A DNA stretch of 64,000 nucleotides from Heteronotia binoei (lineage: Eukaryota). Position 1 is the first letter of the stretch; every line of letters begins with the position of its first letter. Positions 12,075-24,839 of this stretch are shown here, one piece after another. The notes beneath the pieces were generated by a model. That model did no database searches. It saw only the letters and a program-made list of their open reading frames with translations, and had not been told where the DNA came from. A program made the translations under genes and the position numbers. The stretch is taken from assembly GCF_032191835.1 (NCBI RefSeq), contig NC_083230.1:68076001-68140000 (forward strand), given 5' to 3'.

Positions 12075-12374
12075 GCTTGTGCTGGGGGCAGGGTGGCTCG
12101 CCCTCTCAGGACAAGGCAGGGTCAGGGGGTTGACCCCAGGGCTTGTCCTGCTAGGCCATACCCCTGCCAGTTATAAGTTTGCTCAAGTTTGTTCTAATAA
12201 AGCGGCCCGGTTTTTATACCCAAAATACTGTGTCAGCCTCTTCATTCCAACTGGGGGGGCAATACTCTTTACTAGTCATGTCCTACAGTTCAATTGGCTT
12301 TTTGTGCATGCACATTCTCACACAGCCTGATTCCCCGCTCCTCCGCGGCCGCCTGAGGCTGGAGGCCTGGGTGA

Positions 12375-12833
<459 letters not shown>

Positions 12834-12964
12834 TAGGAGATCAGTTCACCTGGAGAAAGTGGCTCTTCAGAAGTTGGGCACTATACTCCAATAAAGTCAA
12901 TGACAAAATAGTCCATGACACCCAGAACAGCCTCCTGAGATGGCATAAAATGAACTAGTGATTA

Positions 12965-13620
12965 TGCATCATTAAATCTTTTGTCCTCCCTAAATTTATT
13001 TTTCTTTTCCAGACCATTCAACTAGGGATCACATTTAAACACTTACAGACTTGGCAGAAAACATGGCTGGAATTTTATTCTGGTCTTCCAAAAAACACAG
13101 GGTTGGCTGCTGCACACTGCAAAGACACTCAAAATGGGGGGGGGGGGGTAGCTTTCCCAATATTCAGCAATATTACTTGGCTATTCAACTTTCAAACATT
13201 GTTAAAATGTTAGTAAATTATTCCACTTCTGATTGGATGCAATTGGAATACACTCAACCATTTGACATCCAAGAAGTAATATGGCAAACCCCAGCAAATT
13301 GCCCTAAACAACTTCTCAACAATCCTTTTTTAACTTTAATATTATCTTGCTGCCTCCCATATCTTTGGGGCTCTGGCAGATCTGAGGATTGTTCTGAATT
13401 CTGTTAGAGGTTGCTGTATAATAAAAGTGAGGTTTATGCAGAAGCATAGGTGAGAAATCTGGAAATATTGCATTCATGGGATTGTATTGTATATTGTATT
13501 CAATTTTTTGTTTTTAAATTCAACTTCAACAGTAACAAGTTCTTGAATGTAAGTTCCTGAAGTCATAATTTTAGATGTTTTCCAAAATTTGAAGGATGAG
13601 TTTTTGAAGCCAGGTAGAAA
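12965..13620 (+). mobile_element. Degraded L1/Tx1-type LINE ORF2 fragment
   Basis: Frames give LPKFIFLFQT and GG.FPNIQQYYLAIQL...W..LE, typical of the post-RT region of L1-clade ORF2. Confidence 0.6.
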
Positions 13621-14084
13621 CCATGTTTGGTTTAGAAAGGCTAAATATCAAATAGCGGGGAGTTGGAGGGGGCAAGCCGGAGGGTGCTAGCGGCGGCCAT
13701 GGCAGCAGCAGTGGCCGTGGTGGGGAGAAGGAAGACAAACTAGATGGTTTCCTGGCTGAGGTATCGGAGGGAGGGAGAGCCCAATTTGGCGCCCTCCACT
13801 CCAGGCCCCCTAGGCAACCGACTAGTTTACCTAGTGGGCAAGCCAGCCCTGGGTATAATCCATCTATTGGTGACACTGCATTTCAAACTTCCTGATGACA
13901 TCTCACAGTAGCTTCACATAGATATTAAATAGTATGTTGCACAATATCAAACCCTACAGAACCCCACAGGTCAGAGGCCATGGGGCACAGCAGGAATCCC
14001 ACAGCACCACCTTCTGAGACTTCCATCATAACACAGTGCCTCCCAGTCCCAATGTTGACAAGCAGCTCAGTAGGATATTATGGT

Positions 14085-14288
14085 CAGGGATTTTTTGGTA
14101 GAAAAAGCTCAGCAGGAACTCATTTGCATATTAGGCCACACCCCCTGGCATCACCATTGTCTCACACGAGGCTTTTTGTAGAAAAAGCCCAGCAGGAACT
14201 CATTTGCATATTAGGCCACACCCCCATCGATGCCAAGCCAGCCAGAACTGTGTTCCTGTGCATTCCTGCTAAAAAAAAAAAAGCCCTG
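14085..14288. mobile_element. hAT MITE with internal ~80-bp tandem duplication
   Basis: TIRs caggga(c)ttttt / aaaaagccctg; perfect TSD attatggt (14077-14084, 14289-14296). Confidence 0.88.
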
Positions 14289-14360
14289 ATTATGGTCAAT
14301 AGTATCAAGGGCCACTGAGAAATTCAGCAGAACTAGCAGATCACATTCTCTCTGTCTAGA

Positions 14361-14560
14361 TCTCAATAGATGTCATCAACCAAGGTGACCAAAGCAGTCT
14401 CTGTTCCAAATCCTGGCCTGAAGCCAGATTGAAATGGGTCCAGAAAATCAGTTTCTTCAAAGAGCCCATGGAGGTGAAAAGCAACCACCCTCTCAGGTAT
14501 CTTGCCCAAAAAATGAAGGTTGGAGAGTGACTGAAAGTTGTCCGACATGCTGTGTTCCTT
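14361..14560 (-). mobile_element. Old L2 RT fragment
   Basis: FLDPFQSGFRPGFGTETALVTLVDD in ORF 14363-14587. Confidence 0.8.
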
Positions 14561-16114
14561 CAGCTGTAGTTTGTTTAGAGAGCACAAAATGCACTTTTAT
14601 ACTGAATGAAAAAAGAGAGAAAGAAGAGATAGTATATTTTTAGTTCATGGGGACTATTCTCATATCATGTGTTTTCAAATTTTGTTGGGTGGGAGAGGCA
14701 TTATAAATTCACATGCTCCAGTTGTTGCCATTTTCCAGTAGCAGTAAATTTCACTGGCTGTGTTTGAGTTACAGCTCTTAAGTATAGCCAGCTCCACTGT
14801 GAGATTAAGTATTCTAATATTTTACACAAAAGGAAATTAGGCTTCACCAGGAATTGTCAAGCAATTCTTACATCTTGAATGGGGGTGAAGATAATGCAGG
14901 TGATGATAGAACTTCTCATGCAAGTACCCTTCATGACACTACCTTCTCCTCTCATCTTTCACCTTCTGTAGTATCCTGAGTATCTAATATTCAGATACTT
15001 TTTATGTTTTGGGGTTATTCATGCCAAAAAAGGTTCATGGAAATGAATTAGATTTTAGGATAAGGTTCTGATTTTCTTTTTTAAAAAGCACTCTAAACTG
15101 GTTCATCACGATCAAGTTCTGCCAGACTTCTCAATTCAAATCAAATGATTGGGATCTGACATCTTCATTGTCATATGCTACAAATCCTAACTCAACACTT
15201 GTGGTCATGAGGTGAGTTCTTCAGGCAAACTGTATATATCATTTATCCAAGATAATTATTACAGTCTGCTTCAGTAAAGCATTCAGCCTAAAAGGAATAT
15301 TAGCTTGGCTACTATAACCAAATTTCCAATATATCTCCCTCTTTTTTGTGCTGTTTGATTTACTATAGTGATTCCACAAAGGTTCCACAATTCTATGCCA
15401 GTGATTAAAAGTGATGTTTCTCTTGACTTCTCTGCATTTCTTTTGCATTTCAGTGCATTTTCATACACTGAGATTATTTTATGCATTTGTGATAACTTTT
15501 GTGGGCCCTTTGACTCCTACTCTTCAGCTTGCACAATGCCCTAGGAGGAGCCTTACAATTCAGAGGTCCACAGTTCCCACCTCACAGAAGCAACAGCAGA
15601 GGATGGGGCCTGCAATCAGCTCCCCCAAACAGACCTTGCTCAATGAGCAATAGACCAGACAAAAGACCCAAACAGAACTAGACAAAAACACCAATCTCCA
15701 GCAGGCTATGAAAACCCACTCACCTTCAAATTCTGTCATCTCACAGTAGTTTAGGGGTTTAAGGCTGTGGTCAGATGGGCAGTTTGACCCACACCCCAAA
15801 ACAATTTCCAATAAAATATCAATGTGTATTTTTAAAAAAAAGAAAGAAAAGAAGAACTGACCACATGATCTGTGGTTGATGTACATCACTAATCTGAATG
15901 ATCAACCATGGAAGAAGTGCATAGTGAGGCTGGATCAGGATGGAGCCTAAAAAAAAAAAATCTCCATCACAAATGCAATGGGTATTTAGCAGGAAGCCTA
16001 AACTGCACCAACCTTCCAGTCTGACCACAGCCTAAGAAAGGCAACCACCCCCTTCCCCCCCAAAAAACCACTCATCATTCCAGCAGCTCTCTCCCAGGTT
16101 CTTTCTCCCAGCCC

Positions 16115-16372
16115 AGAAGAAGATGATGATATTGGATTTAAACCCCACCCTACACTCTGAATCTCATAGTCTCAGAGTAGCTTACAATCTTCTTTACCTC
16201 CCCCTCCCCCCATGAGGTAGGTGGGCTGAGAGAGCTCTCACAGAAGCTGTCCTTTCAAGGACAGCTCTGCAATAGCTATGGCTGACCCAAGGCCATTCCA
16301 GCAGCTGCAAGTGGAGGAGTTGGGAATCAAACCTGGTTCTCCCAGATAAGATTCCATGCACTTAACCACTGC
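16115..16372 (-). mobile_element. tRNA-derived SINE with L2-like tail (Squam-type)
   Basis: Reverse complement has cagtggttaagtgc, B-box ggtttgattccc, cttgggtcagcc and gcccacctacctca; homologous to 43293-43572. Confidence 0.75.
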
Positions 16373-16699
16373 CTCAGTTTTGCCTAGAAGGAGCCTTACA
16401 ATTCAGAGACCCACAGCCTCCAGCACACAGAAATAAGTCCCAGACAAACAGACCTGGATTTCATGGATTTGTGAGCTATCTTGTTGACGATTTATTTTAA
16501 TCTTATAGATGTTCTATTTATTATATGTTGGAACCTGCTCTGAGCCCCACATTAGTGGGGAAGAACAGGATATAAATGGAATAAAATGCATAAATAAATA
16601 TAGGAAGGACTGCACATACGCCACAAGTGGGCTGGACTTTGAGTTGAAAGAAACTCAGCTGGTAATTTTACTTTAAAATGCTCAAGACTCTAGCTTTTT

Positions 16700-17560
16700 T
16701 GGCTGGGGAAGAAAGAGATGTGCCCATGGCCAGCTGAATGCATTTGATCACCTCAAGCTCCATCCTCTGACACTCCCACTTGGCTCTAAGGTAGTGTGCT
16801 GCAAAAGTGCTGTGGCATAAGGAGACAGGGGCATTTGGCAGCAAATCTGACTTGGGTATGCTTTGTGAAATTTCAGGTACTAAGGAGAACAAGGAAGATG
16901 GCCAGCAGGAGAACACTGCCCAGAGTAGTGACTCAGAGGACAAAGGAGTGAGCACAGTCACTGTGTTTCTGAGGCTCCAAATGCTGATTCAGCTGAAGAC
17001 AAAGAAGGTGCAGCAACCCCCTCGGTGAGCAGATGAGTTAGTTAAGGGAGAAACTCCTCTAATATGATGTCCCTGCTCCTCAGTGGAGAGGAGGAAGTGG
17101 ATTGAGATAGCCAAAGGAGCGGTCTTGCCATGCTTCACAAGCCCTGAACTGTTCAAGCAAGGGAGACAGGTGTCCAATGGAAAAGCTAAGGGCAGGGAAT
17201 CGCAGAGATGTTTTCACACTGTCCTCATTATGCATTGATGGCTGCCTCTATTGCAGCTAGGAAAGCCTCTTATTGGCTGGCATGGGGGCACCCAGCCAGA
17301 ACCCCTGCTGGGCAACGGACTCGCTTCCTTTCCCAGCAAACCAGGAGAGCTCCTGAGCTGGGGAAGTATGATCAGGAATCCTATTGCCCACGGGGCTCCA
17401 CATTGGAGAATGTTGAATGAAAGGATTCTGGGGTGGGGAAAGACCCTTATCAGGCTCTGGAGAACAACCAGTCAGAGCAGGGCCCCTTCTGCTTTTGTGT
17501 TTACCAAGGCTCTCACCTCCCACTTCCATCACTTTAAAAACCTGCTTCCATATTCACTTG
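16700..17560 (+). mobile_element. Possible highly degraded DIRS-type gag fragment
   Basis: Segment ALMAASIAARKASYW loosely resembles the DIRS1 gag helix; many stops, weak support. Confidence 0.25.
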
Positions 17561-18250
17561 CACACTCACCTCACTCTCCCATTGGATTTTTTAATTCCTT
17601 CCACAGCCTTTCCCCAACATTCTGCTGTCACTCCTCTGTATCTCTGTAGTTTCCAATAGTGGTTTTTCAGAGCTGGCAGGCTAATTCATCTGTTCTTATT
17701 GGTCAGTTTCACACTATGCATGTCTTTTGAGATATGAGATCAGGAAAGTAAATTAGCTTGGTTAGTTAAGATGCTGGCCTATTTTGTATTTAGAAAAAAA
17801 GTTTCCTTTTAAATTGACTCTGACCACAAATATTTCAAATGTGAGAATAATGCTGTGGAACCTAGGTTGTGACAGCAGCAGCCTTTAAAAAAACAACTGG
17901 TCCATCGTCTTCCCCTTTTGTAATTTCTAAATGACAATGGGGGGGGGGGTGTTTCAGGCTGCAAAGCACTGACATGTCCACCTCCTCCCTCTCCAGCCAA
18001 GTAGTCAGCATTGACTCTCACTAAATTTTTAAAGCAGTGCCTGGCAGTGGCTTTTTCCCCTCCAGCAAACTCCTTGACTACTGATAAAAGGCAGGGGGGG
18101 GGGGGGGACACTAATAGCGACCTTCAGCTGGAAGAATCTCTTATTTCAAAAGGCATGCCCAGTGTGAAACTAACCAATCAGGAGAAACCAATTCAGGAGA
18201 AACCAATTCCAGAACACTACCCAGGTTTTCTCATTGGTATGTAGAATATA

Positions 18251-18523
18251 TAAGCATAGACAGCTTCAAGAGGGGATTGGATAAAAATATGGAGCAGAGG
18301 TCCATCAATGGCTATTAGCCTCAGTATATTATTGGAACTGTCTGGGGCAGTGATGCTCTGTATTCTTGGAGCTTGGGGGGGGGCAAAGTGGATGGACTTC
18401 TAGACCCACTTGTGAACCTTCTGATGGCACTTGGGCTTTTTTTTTTTTACCACTGTCTGACACAAAGTGTTGGACTGGATGGGCCATTGGCCTGATCCAA
18501 CACGGCTTCTCTTATGTTCTTAT
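18251..18523 (+). mobile_element. CR1 3' end (long 3'UTR variant)
   Basis: agcttcaagaggggattggataaaaatatggagcagagg ... ctgatccaacacggcttctcttatgttcttat. Confidence 0.88.
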
Positions 18524-18989
18524 ATACACCACAATTCTCAATACAAATTGAAGAGAAAGAGAGAAAGATGTAGAATGCAGGCACAGCATATGAAGTAAAC
18601 CCCAACCAGCTTGACTTCAGTGAAAATCAGAAATAAACTGTGTATGCAGAATGGGCCCAGGTCTGATGGAGCTCAATGAACCAATGGCCTGGCTGAACAG
18701 AAGGCAGTTTCATTTGTCTACAGCAGCGGTCTCCAATATTGTACCCCTGGACACCTTTCCTGGTGCCTGCCCAATGTTTTAGAAAAAGGGTGGGGCAAGG
18801 TGAGATTTTTGCCCAGCAGGGCTTCTGATTAGCCATTAGATATCTAATAGGGTGTGCAGAAGCCAACTTTCTGCATTTTTTTTTGTTCTTGTTAGAAGCT
18901 CCTACCATAGCACAAGAATCTCCACTGTGTGACCAGAAGTGTACACAAGAAATATTTTAAAGCAATAAGCTCATTTTTAAAGGCATCCT

Positions 18990-20152
18990 GTTAAACAGAA
19001 CTTCAGCATGAAATGCTAAAGAACGAGAGAGGCTGTGGGCTATGCCATGCAGGACCACCCAAGATGGACAGGCCACAGTGGAGAACCCAGACAAAATGTG
19101 ATCCACTGGAGAAGGAAATGGCAAACTACTCCAGTATCCTTGCCAAGAAAACCCCATGGACAGCAACAAAAGGCTAAAGGATATGGCGCTGGAAGATGAG
19201 CCCCTCAGGTCAGAAGGTGCCAAATATGTTACTGGGGAAGAGCGCAGGGCAAGTCCAAATAACCACAGAAAGAGTGAAGCGGCTGGGCCAAAGCTGAAAG
19301 GAGACTCAGCTGTAGATATGTCTGATGGTGAAAGGAAACTCTGATGCTGCAAAGAACAATACTGCATTGGAACATGGAATGTAAGATCTATGAATCAAGG
19401 TAAGCTGGATGTAGTCAAACAAGAGATGGCAAGACTGAACATTGATATCTTAGGAATCAGTGAACTAAAATGGACAGGAATGGGTGAATTTAACTCAGTG
19501 GATCACAACATCTATTATTGTGCGCAAGAGTCCCGTAGAAGAAATGGTGTGGCCTTTATAGTAAACAAGAGAGTGAGGAAGGCAGTAATAGGATACAATC
19601 TCAAAAATGAAATAATGATCTCAGTCCGTATCCAAGGCAAACCATTCAATATCACAGTAATCCAAATCTATGTCCCAACCACTGATGCAGAAGAAGCTGA
19701 AGTGGACCAGTTCTGTGAGGATCTACAACACCTTCTAGAATTAACACTAAAAAAAGATGTCCTCCTCATCATAGGGGACTGGAATGCCAAAGTAGGAAGT
19801 CAAAAGGTAACTGAAACAACTGACAAGTTTGGCCTTGGAGAACAAAATGAAGCCAGGCAAAAGCTAATAGAGTTTTGTCAAGAGAACAAACTGGTCATAG
19901 CGAACACCCTCTTCCAACAACCTAAAAGGTGACTCTACACAGACATCACCTGATGGGCAACACAGAAATCAAATTGATTATATACTCTGCAGTCAAAGAT
20001 GGAGAAGCTCCTTACAATCAGCAAAAACAAGACCTGGAGCTGACTGCGGCTCAGATCATGAGCTACTCATTGCAAAATTCAGGCTTAAACTGAAGAAAAT
20101 TGGGGAAGCCATTGGGCCATTCAGGTTTGACCTTGATCACATCCCTTATGAA
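18990..20152 (+). mobile_element. BovB/RTE LINE 5' part (5'UTR and endonuclease), lacking RT and 3' end
   Basis: atccactggagaaggaaatggcaaactactccagtatccttgcc; ORF MNQGKLDVVKQEMARLNIDILGISELKWTGMGEFNS...IIGDWNAKVGSQ...IANTLFQQPKR is the BovB endonuclease. Confidence 0.92.
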
Positions 20153-21235
20153 TTCCACATGTTAATCACCCTTTGGGTGAAGAAGTACTTCCTTCTATCC
20201 GTTTTAACCTGACTGCTCAGCAATTTCATTGAATGCCCACGAGTTCTTGTATTGTGAGAAAGGGAGAAAAGGACTTCTTTCTCTACTTTCTCCATCCCAT
20301 GCATAATCTTGTAAACCTCTATCATGTCACCCCGCAGTCGACGTTTCTCCAAGCTAAAGAGCCCCAAGCGTTTTAACCTTTCTTCATAGGGAAAGTGTTC
20401 CAAACTTTTAATCATTCTAGTTGCTCTTTTTTGGACTTTTTGCAATGCTATTATATTCTTTCTGAGGTGTGATTTCCCTATCTCAGCCATTTTGCTATCC
20501 TCCTTCAGTAATCCTTTGACCCCTTGGTCATCCAAGGGCCCTACTGCCTCCCTGGCTGCTTCTAATATGTTTGAAGAAATTTTGATTGTTGGTCTTTATG
20601 TTTTTTGCAATATGCTCCTCATAGTCCCTTTTTGCCTGCCTGATCACAGTCTTGCATTTGATTTGCCACAGCCTGTGTTCCCTTTTATTAATCTCACTTC
20701 GACTAGCTTTCCACCGCTTAAAAGAGTCCTTCTTACTTTTTACAGCTTCCATTACTTTGTTTGTTAACCATGCAGACCTTCTCTTATACCTGTTTGTGCC
20801 TTTCCTAACTTGTGGTATATATTTTATCTGAGCTTCTAGGATTGTAGTTTTAAATAGCCTCCAAGCTTCCCAAAGGGTTTTGACTGCATTTACCTTTCCT
20901 TTCAGTTTCCTCTTCACATGCCTCCTCATCTCAGAGAATTTACCCCTTTTAAAGTTAAACGTGGTTGTGCTGGTCTTTTGGGGCAACTTCCTATTTATAC
21001 AAATGGTGAAATCAATAACGTTATGGTCACTGCTCCCAAGCGGTGCGATCACTTTTACATCTCTCACCAAGTCTTGGGCATTATTTAGGACCAAATCCAG
21101 GATCGCCCCACCCCTGGTAGGTTCTGTGACCATCTGCTCCATAGCACAGTCATTGAGAGCATCTAGAAACTCAATCTCTTTCTCTCGACCTGAACACATA
21201 TTGACCCAATCAATCTGCGGGTAGTTAAAATCACC
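20149..21235 (-). mobile_element. CR1 LINE fragment with internal deletion of the RT core
   Basis: ORF 21199-20528 is the endonuclease end and tether (LDLVLNN, PLGSSDHNVI); it joins near 20472 directly to the ORF2 C-terminus (HLRKNIIALQKVQKR). Confidence 0.88.
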
Positions 21236-21264
21236 TACTGCCTAGCAGGCCTTCTCAATAATGG

Positions 21265-21576
21265 CTCCCCAATGGTGGAATCAATTACCAGCGGAGGTTC
21301 GAGCCCTGCGGGACTATAATCAGTTCCACAGGGCCTGTAAAACTGTCCTTTTTCAAATGGCCTACAAGATTGAATCCTGAAGTGACACCTAGCCATCTGA
21401 TATATACTGTCTTGTATATAGCACCTTAACTGTTGTGGTTTTAATTAAATTTTTTAAATGTATTTTATTGTATAATGTATTTATTGTAATCATGGCATTT
21501 TCCATGTCTGTAAGCCGCCCTGAGCCTGCCTCGGCGGGGAGGGCGGGATATAAATAAAAAATTATTATTATTATTA
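21265..21576 (+). mobile_element. L2 3' fragment
   Basis: ggaatcaattaccagcggaggttcgagccctgcgggac ... gtaagccgccctgagcctgcctcggcggggagggcgggatataaat + (ATT)n. Confidence 0.85.
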
Positions 21577-22187
21577 CGCCTCAGGCACCAGAACCCCACG
21601 TGCCAGGCCTGATTAATACTGATTAATGCAAAATTAATGTTTTATGCAGAGATTGTCTCCAAATGCTTTTCCAAATGCTCTTGAGGTATCCACCCTACAC
21701 AGTATTACAGATTGTTCCATTAACTGGGCTGCTTTCTGGAGTCAGCCATTTCACATAGCTTTGTCAGGCACCAAAACAAATATTGAATATCACCATCTGC
21801 CAAATAATATACATCAAATCATACAATTTAAAAAGAACTGCAGCCATCTATTGGCTATCCCACAGCTTAGGGTGACCCATTGGGCATTGACTGAAGCCTG
21901 GGCCTTTTCCATCATGCCTCCCTGAAGAGATGAGGGGGAACTCCTTAGTAGGCTTGCCAGCTCCCAGATCCAGGCAGGGAATCCCCTGGTTTTGTAGGCT
22001 TCTCCCCACTCCTAAAACCTCCAAAAGAAAATGTAGAGTACTAGTAAAGGGCCCAAAGTTAAAAACAACAGTTAAAGACAGGAGTACATGTGTTTATCAC
22101 AAAAAAACATATAAAAAGCCTTGTAGGAGCCCAAATGAAGCCACATTAAATTATCAAAGTGACAAATGCACAAAAAGGAACTATGTA

Positions 22188-22231
22188 TGACCTGACATGT
22201 TTCAGCCTGCAGAGGCCTTTTTCAGAGGTCA
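22188..22231 (-). ncRNA. Degenerate minimal type I hammerhead ribozyme motif, likely in a Penelope-like element remnant (~22020-22330)
   Basis: Minus-strand RNA UGACCU-CUGAAAAA-GGCCU-CUGC-AGGCU-GAAAC-AU-GUC-AGGUCA: stem I, core, stem II, GAAA, palindromic stem III, GUC site. Core deviates from CUGANGA. Confidence 0.6.
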
Positions 22232-22579
22232 ACTAGTACAAGTTACAACATACAACACAGTCCTTGTTACTCTTGTACATACTGATACATACTGATGTTA
22301 CGCTGGCCCTAATAAGGGATTTTTATTTGTACTCTTAGGACCTAAGCTGGAAGGTATATATTGGCAATATTACTATTTTCAGTATATGTAATTGCTGCTG
22401 ACATAAGGCCAGATACATTTGTATGTGCTCCATCCATTTATGGGACTTTTATAAGAGTAATTGCTTCTGCGTGCTCTGATCCTTATATAAATTCATCAGA
22501 ATTTGATGTGAGTCATATGGCAGTAATCTTTTAAGGAAAAATGTTTAAAAACTTTTAAAACTACAAAATACAGAAAAAC

Positions 22580-23478
22580 ATTTATTGAATGGTGTTTTAA
22601 CCTTACAATAAATCAGCAAAACATAAAATAACTTTTTTTCTGTTTTCATCTGCATTTTTAAACATTGTTTTGAAATGTAAATGTCTTTTGACAATAATCT
22701 GGACTCCATATTTTTATTTGCTATGTTTTATTTTCTACAATCATATTAAATATAGCATGCACATTTTGAATAACAATAACAGTGTACATGATTTACATGA
22801 TTCACTGTAAAGTAACATTTTTGTTTTTTTCAAGAAAAAACCATATTTATTTAACAAACATACAAGGCATTAACAAAATAGAAAATTTCTGCAATCCTTC
22901 ACATGAATCATATTTAATAAGTGCTTTAAAATACAAATTTTATCGATTTATATAGCTATAATGGATTATGATTTTCCTGTGTAATATAATTACAATGAAA
23001 TACAAATTAAAGTTATTAAACAACGCAGAACATTGATATGAAACTGTGGGAATAATGTACATGAATGGTCCAGCCCTAACATACTTAATACTCCATCTAG
23101 GTAAGAATATGCCTGACATTGGCAAACCTGAGTAGGACTGCACACCTACAAGGAACATAGGATGTGTTTATTGTGTATATCCCAGTGCTTAAAAATACTT
23201 TAAAAACTCAGGCTATATTATATTGTCTTACCTAAAACAGTCTAAGAAATAAGCATGAAAACAGTATTGTCCACATTCTATGGGACTTTCTAGCTTTGTG
23301 AAATGACTTATAGAATACATATAAATACTCGCTATTTAAAAGGAGGTCAAAGTCATGCTAATTATTAACAAACACAATAGACATATTATGCAAGGTGACT
23401 CATTCTAGTTTTAAAGTGTAACTGTGGTGTAAAAGTGGAAAGTAGGAATGGCCTTTGTATGAAGTAAGGTGTAGCAAC
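22580..23478 (-). other. LUM: LUM 3'UTR with candidate poly(A) signals
   Basis: AT-rich sequence after the stop; AATAAA on the minus strand at 22846-22851, 22713-22718 and 22581-22586. Confidence 0.55.
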
Positions 23479-23633
23479 TCACTCTAGGGAGATATCAGCA
23501 GCCATACGAAGACAGTTATACATTTCTTGAGGAAGATCAGATCTTGTGAGATTATTTGCATCCAAACGGAGATGTCTGACCCGGGAATAACTGAGAGCTC
23601 CAACAACCTTACAAAAGCTGCTCACTGGAAATT
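23479..23633 (-). CDS. LUM: Lumican last coding exon (missed by the ORF track)
   Basis: Acceptor ttgcag|AA; reads (K)FPVSSFCKVVGALSYSRVRHLRLDANNLTRSDLPQEMYNCLRMAADISLE*. Its 155 nt complete the phase-1 exon 2 (901+155=1056 nt, 351 aa). Confidence 0.95.
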
Positions 23634-23970
23634 CTGCAATAAACATAGACACATAGTTAATAAACTAGACACATAGTTAATAAACATGCCTATACTTATC
23701 TTAATACAGTAATGTGTACAAATATCATTAATGGCTGTTGCTAGAAATTATCAGATCTGCTTCAGAAGAATTCAAAAGGTTCACATTGACTGGGATCCAA
23801 ACTCCCCAGTTCACACAACAATTGTAAGAATACTCATTGTATACCCCAACCTATGTGTGTTCTGGAGACTGTGAGAGCAGTCCCTCTGCTTCTATAGACT
23901 CTGTCCATGTAGGCTCTGTGCAAGCATGTGTAAAGTGCCATCAGGTCTCAGCTGAAAACCCATCGGATTT

Positions 23971-24697
23971 TAAGAATGTAAGAACATAAGAGAAGCCATG
24001 TTGGATCAGGCCAATGGCCCATTCAGTCCAACACTCTGTATCACACAATGGTCAATACACACACACACACACACGCTGTGGCTAATAGCCACTGATGGAC
24101 CTCTGCTCCATATTTTTATCCAATTCCCTCTTGAAGCTGGCTATGCTTATAGGCGCCACCACCTCCTGTGGCACTGAATTCCACATGTTAATCATCTTTT
24201 GGGTGGAGAAGTACTTCCTTTTATCTGTTATAACCAGTCTCCTCAGCAATTTCATTAAATGCCCACGAATTCTTGTATTGTGAGAAAGGGAGAAAAGGAC
24301 TTCTTTCTCTACTTTCTCCATCCCATGCATACTCTTGTAAACCTCTATCATGTCACCCCGCAGTCAGCATTTCTCCAAGCTAAAGAGCCCCAAGCGTTTT
24401 AACCTTTCTTCATAGGGAAAGTGTTCCAAACCTTTAATCATTCTAGTTGCCCTTTTTTGGACTTTTTCCAATGCTATTATATCCTTTTTGAGGTGCAGTG
24501 ACCAGAATTGCACACGGTACTCCAAATGAGACCGCACCATCGATTTATACAGGGGCATTATGATACTGGCTGATTTGTTTTCAATTACCTTCCTAATAAT
24601 TTGCAGCATGGTGTTGGCCTTTTTTATTGCAATCACACACTGTCTTGCCATTTTCAGTGAGTTATCTACCATGACCCCAAGATCTCTCTCTTGGTCA
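23971..24697 (-). mobile_element. CR1 3' fragment, (GT)n short-3'UTR variant, in LUM intron 2
   Basis: ORFs 24672-24364 and 24351-24082 are CR1 ORF2 C-terminus; tail cttatgttcttacattctta. Confidence 0.92.
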
Positions 24698-24839
24698 GAG
24701 AGGCAAGTGATGCTTCAAGGCAAGTAATGTTCTGAGGTGGTTTACCACTGCCCAATGCTGGATTCGGAGGGGCAGAGGGGGCGGTAGTCCGGGGTGCCAG
24801 TGGGGGCATGCCAAATTGGGTGCCTCCCAGGGCAGAGAA

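Larger units (their letters stand above)
6360..12265 (+). mobile_element. Short non-autonomous relative of the YR retrotransposon (~790 bp when rejoined: 6360-6942 + 12083-12265), split by the 6943-12074 insertion
   Basis: Shares with the 27.5-33.2 kb element a 5' hairpin (cccagcc...ggctggg), ccggaagga, a TATA box (6489-6496), AATAAA (12196-12201) and the 3' terminus ttccaactgggg(g/a)ggcaatac. The halves rejoin across the duplicated gcttgtgc. Confidence 0.7.

Noticed and set aside
15537-16417. ~40-bp direct repeat aggagccttacaattcagag at 15546 and 16389
   Set aside because: Resembles a common old L2/MIR-type 3' motif; no TSD or LTR features.
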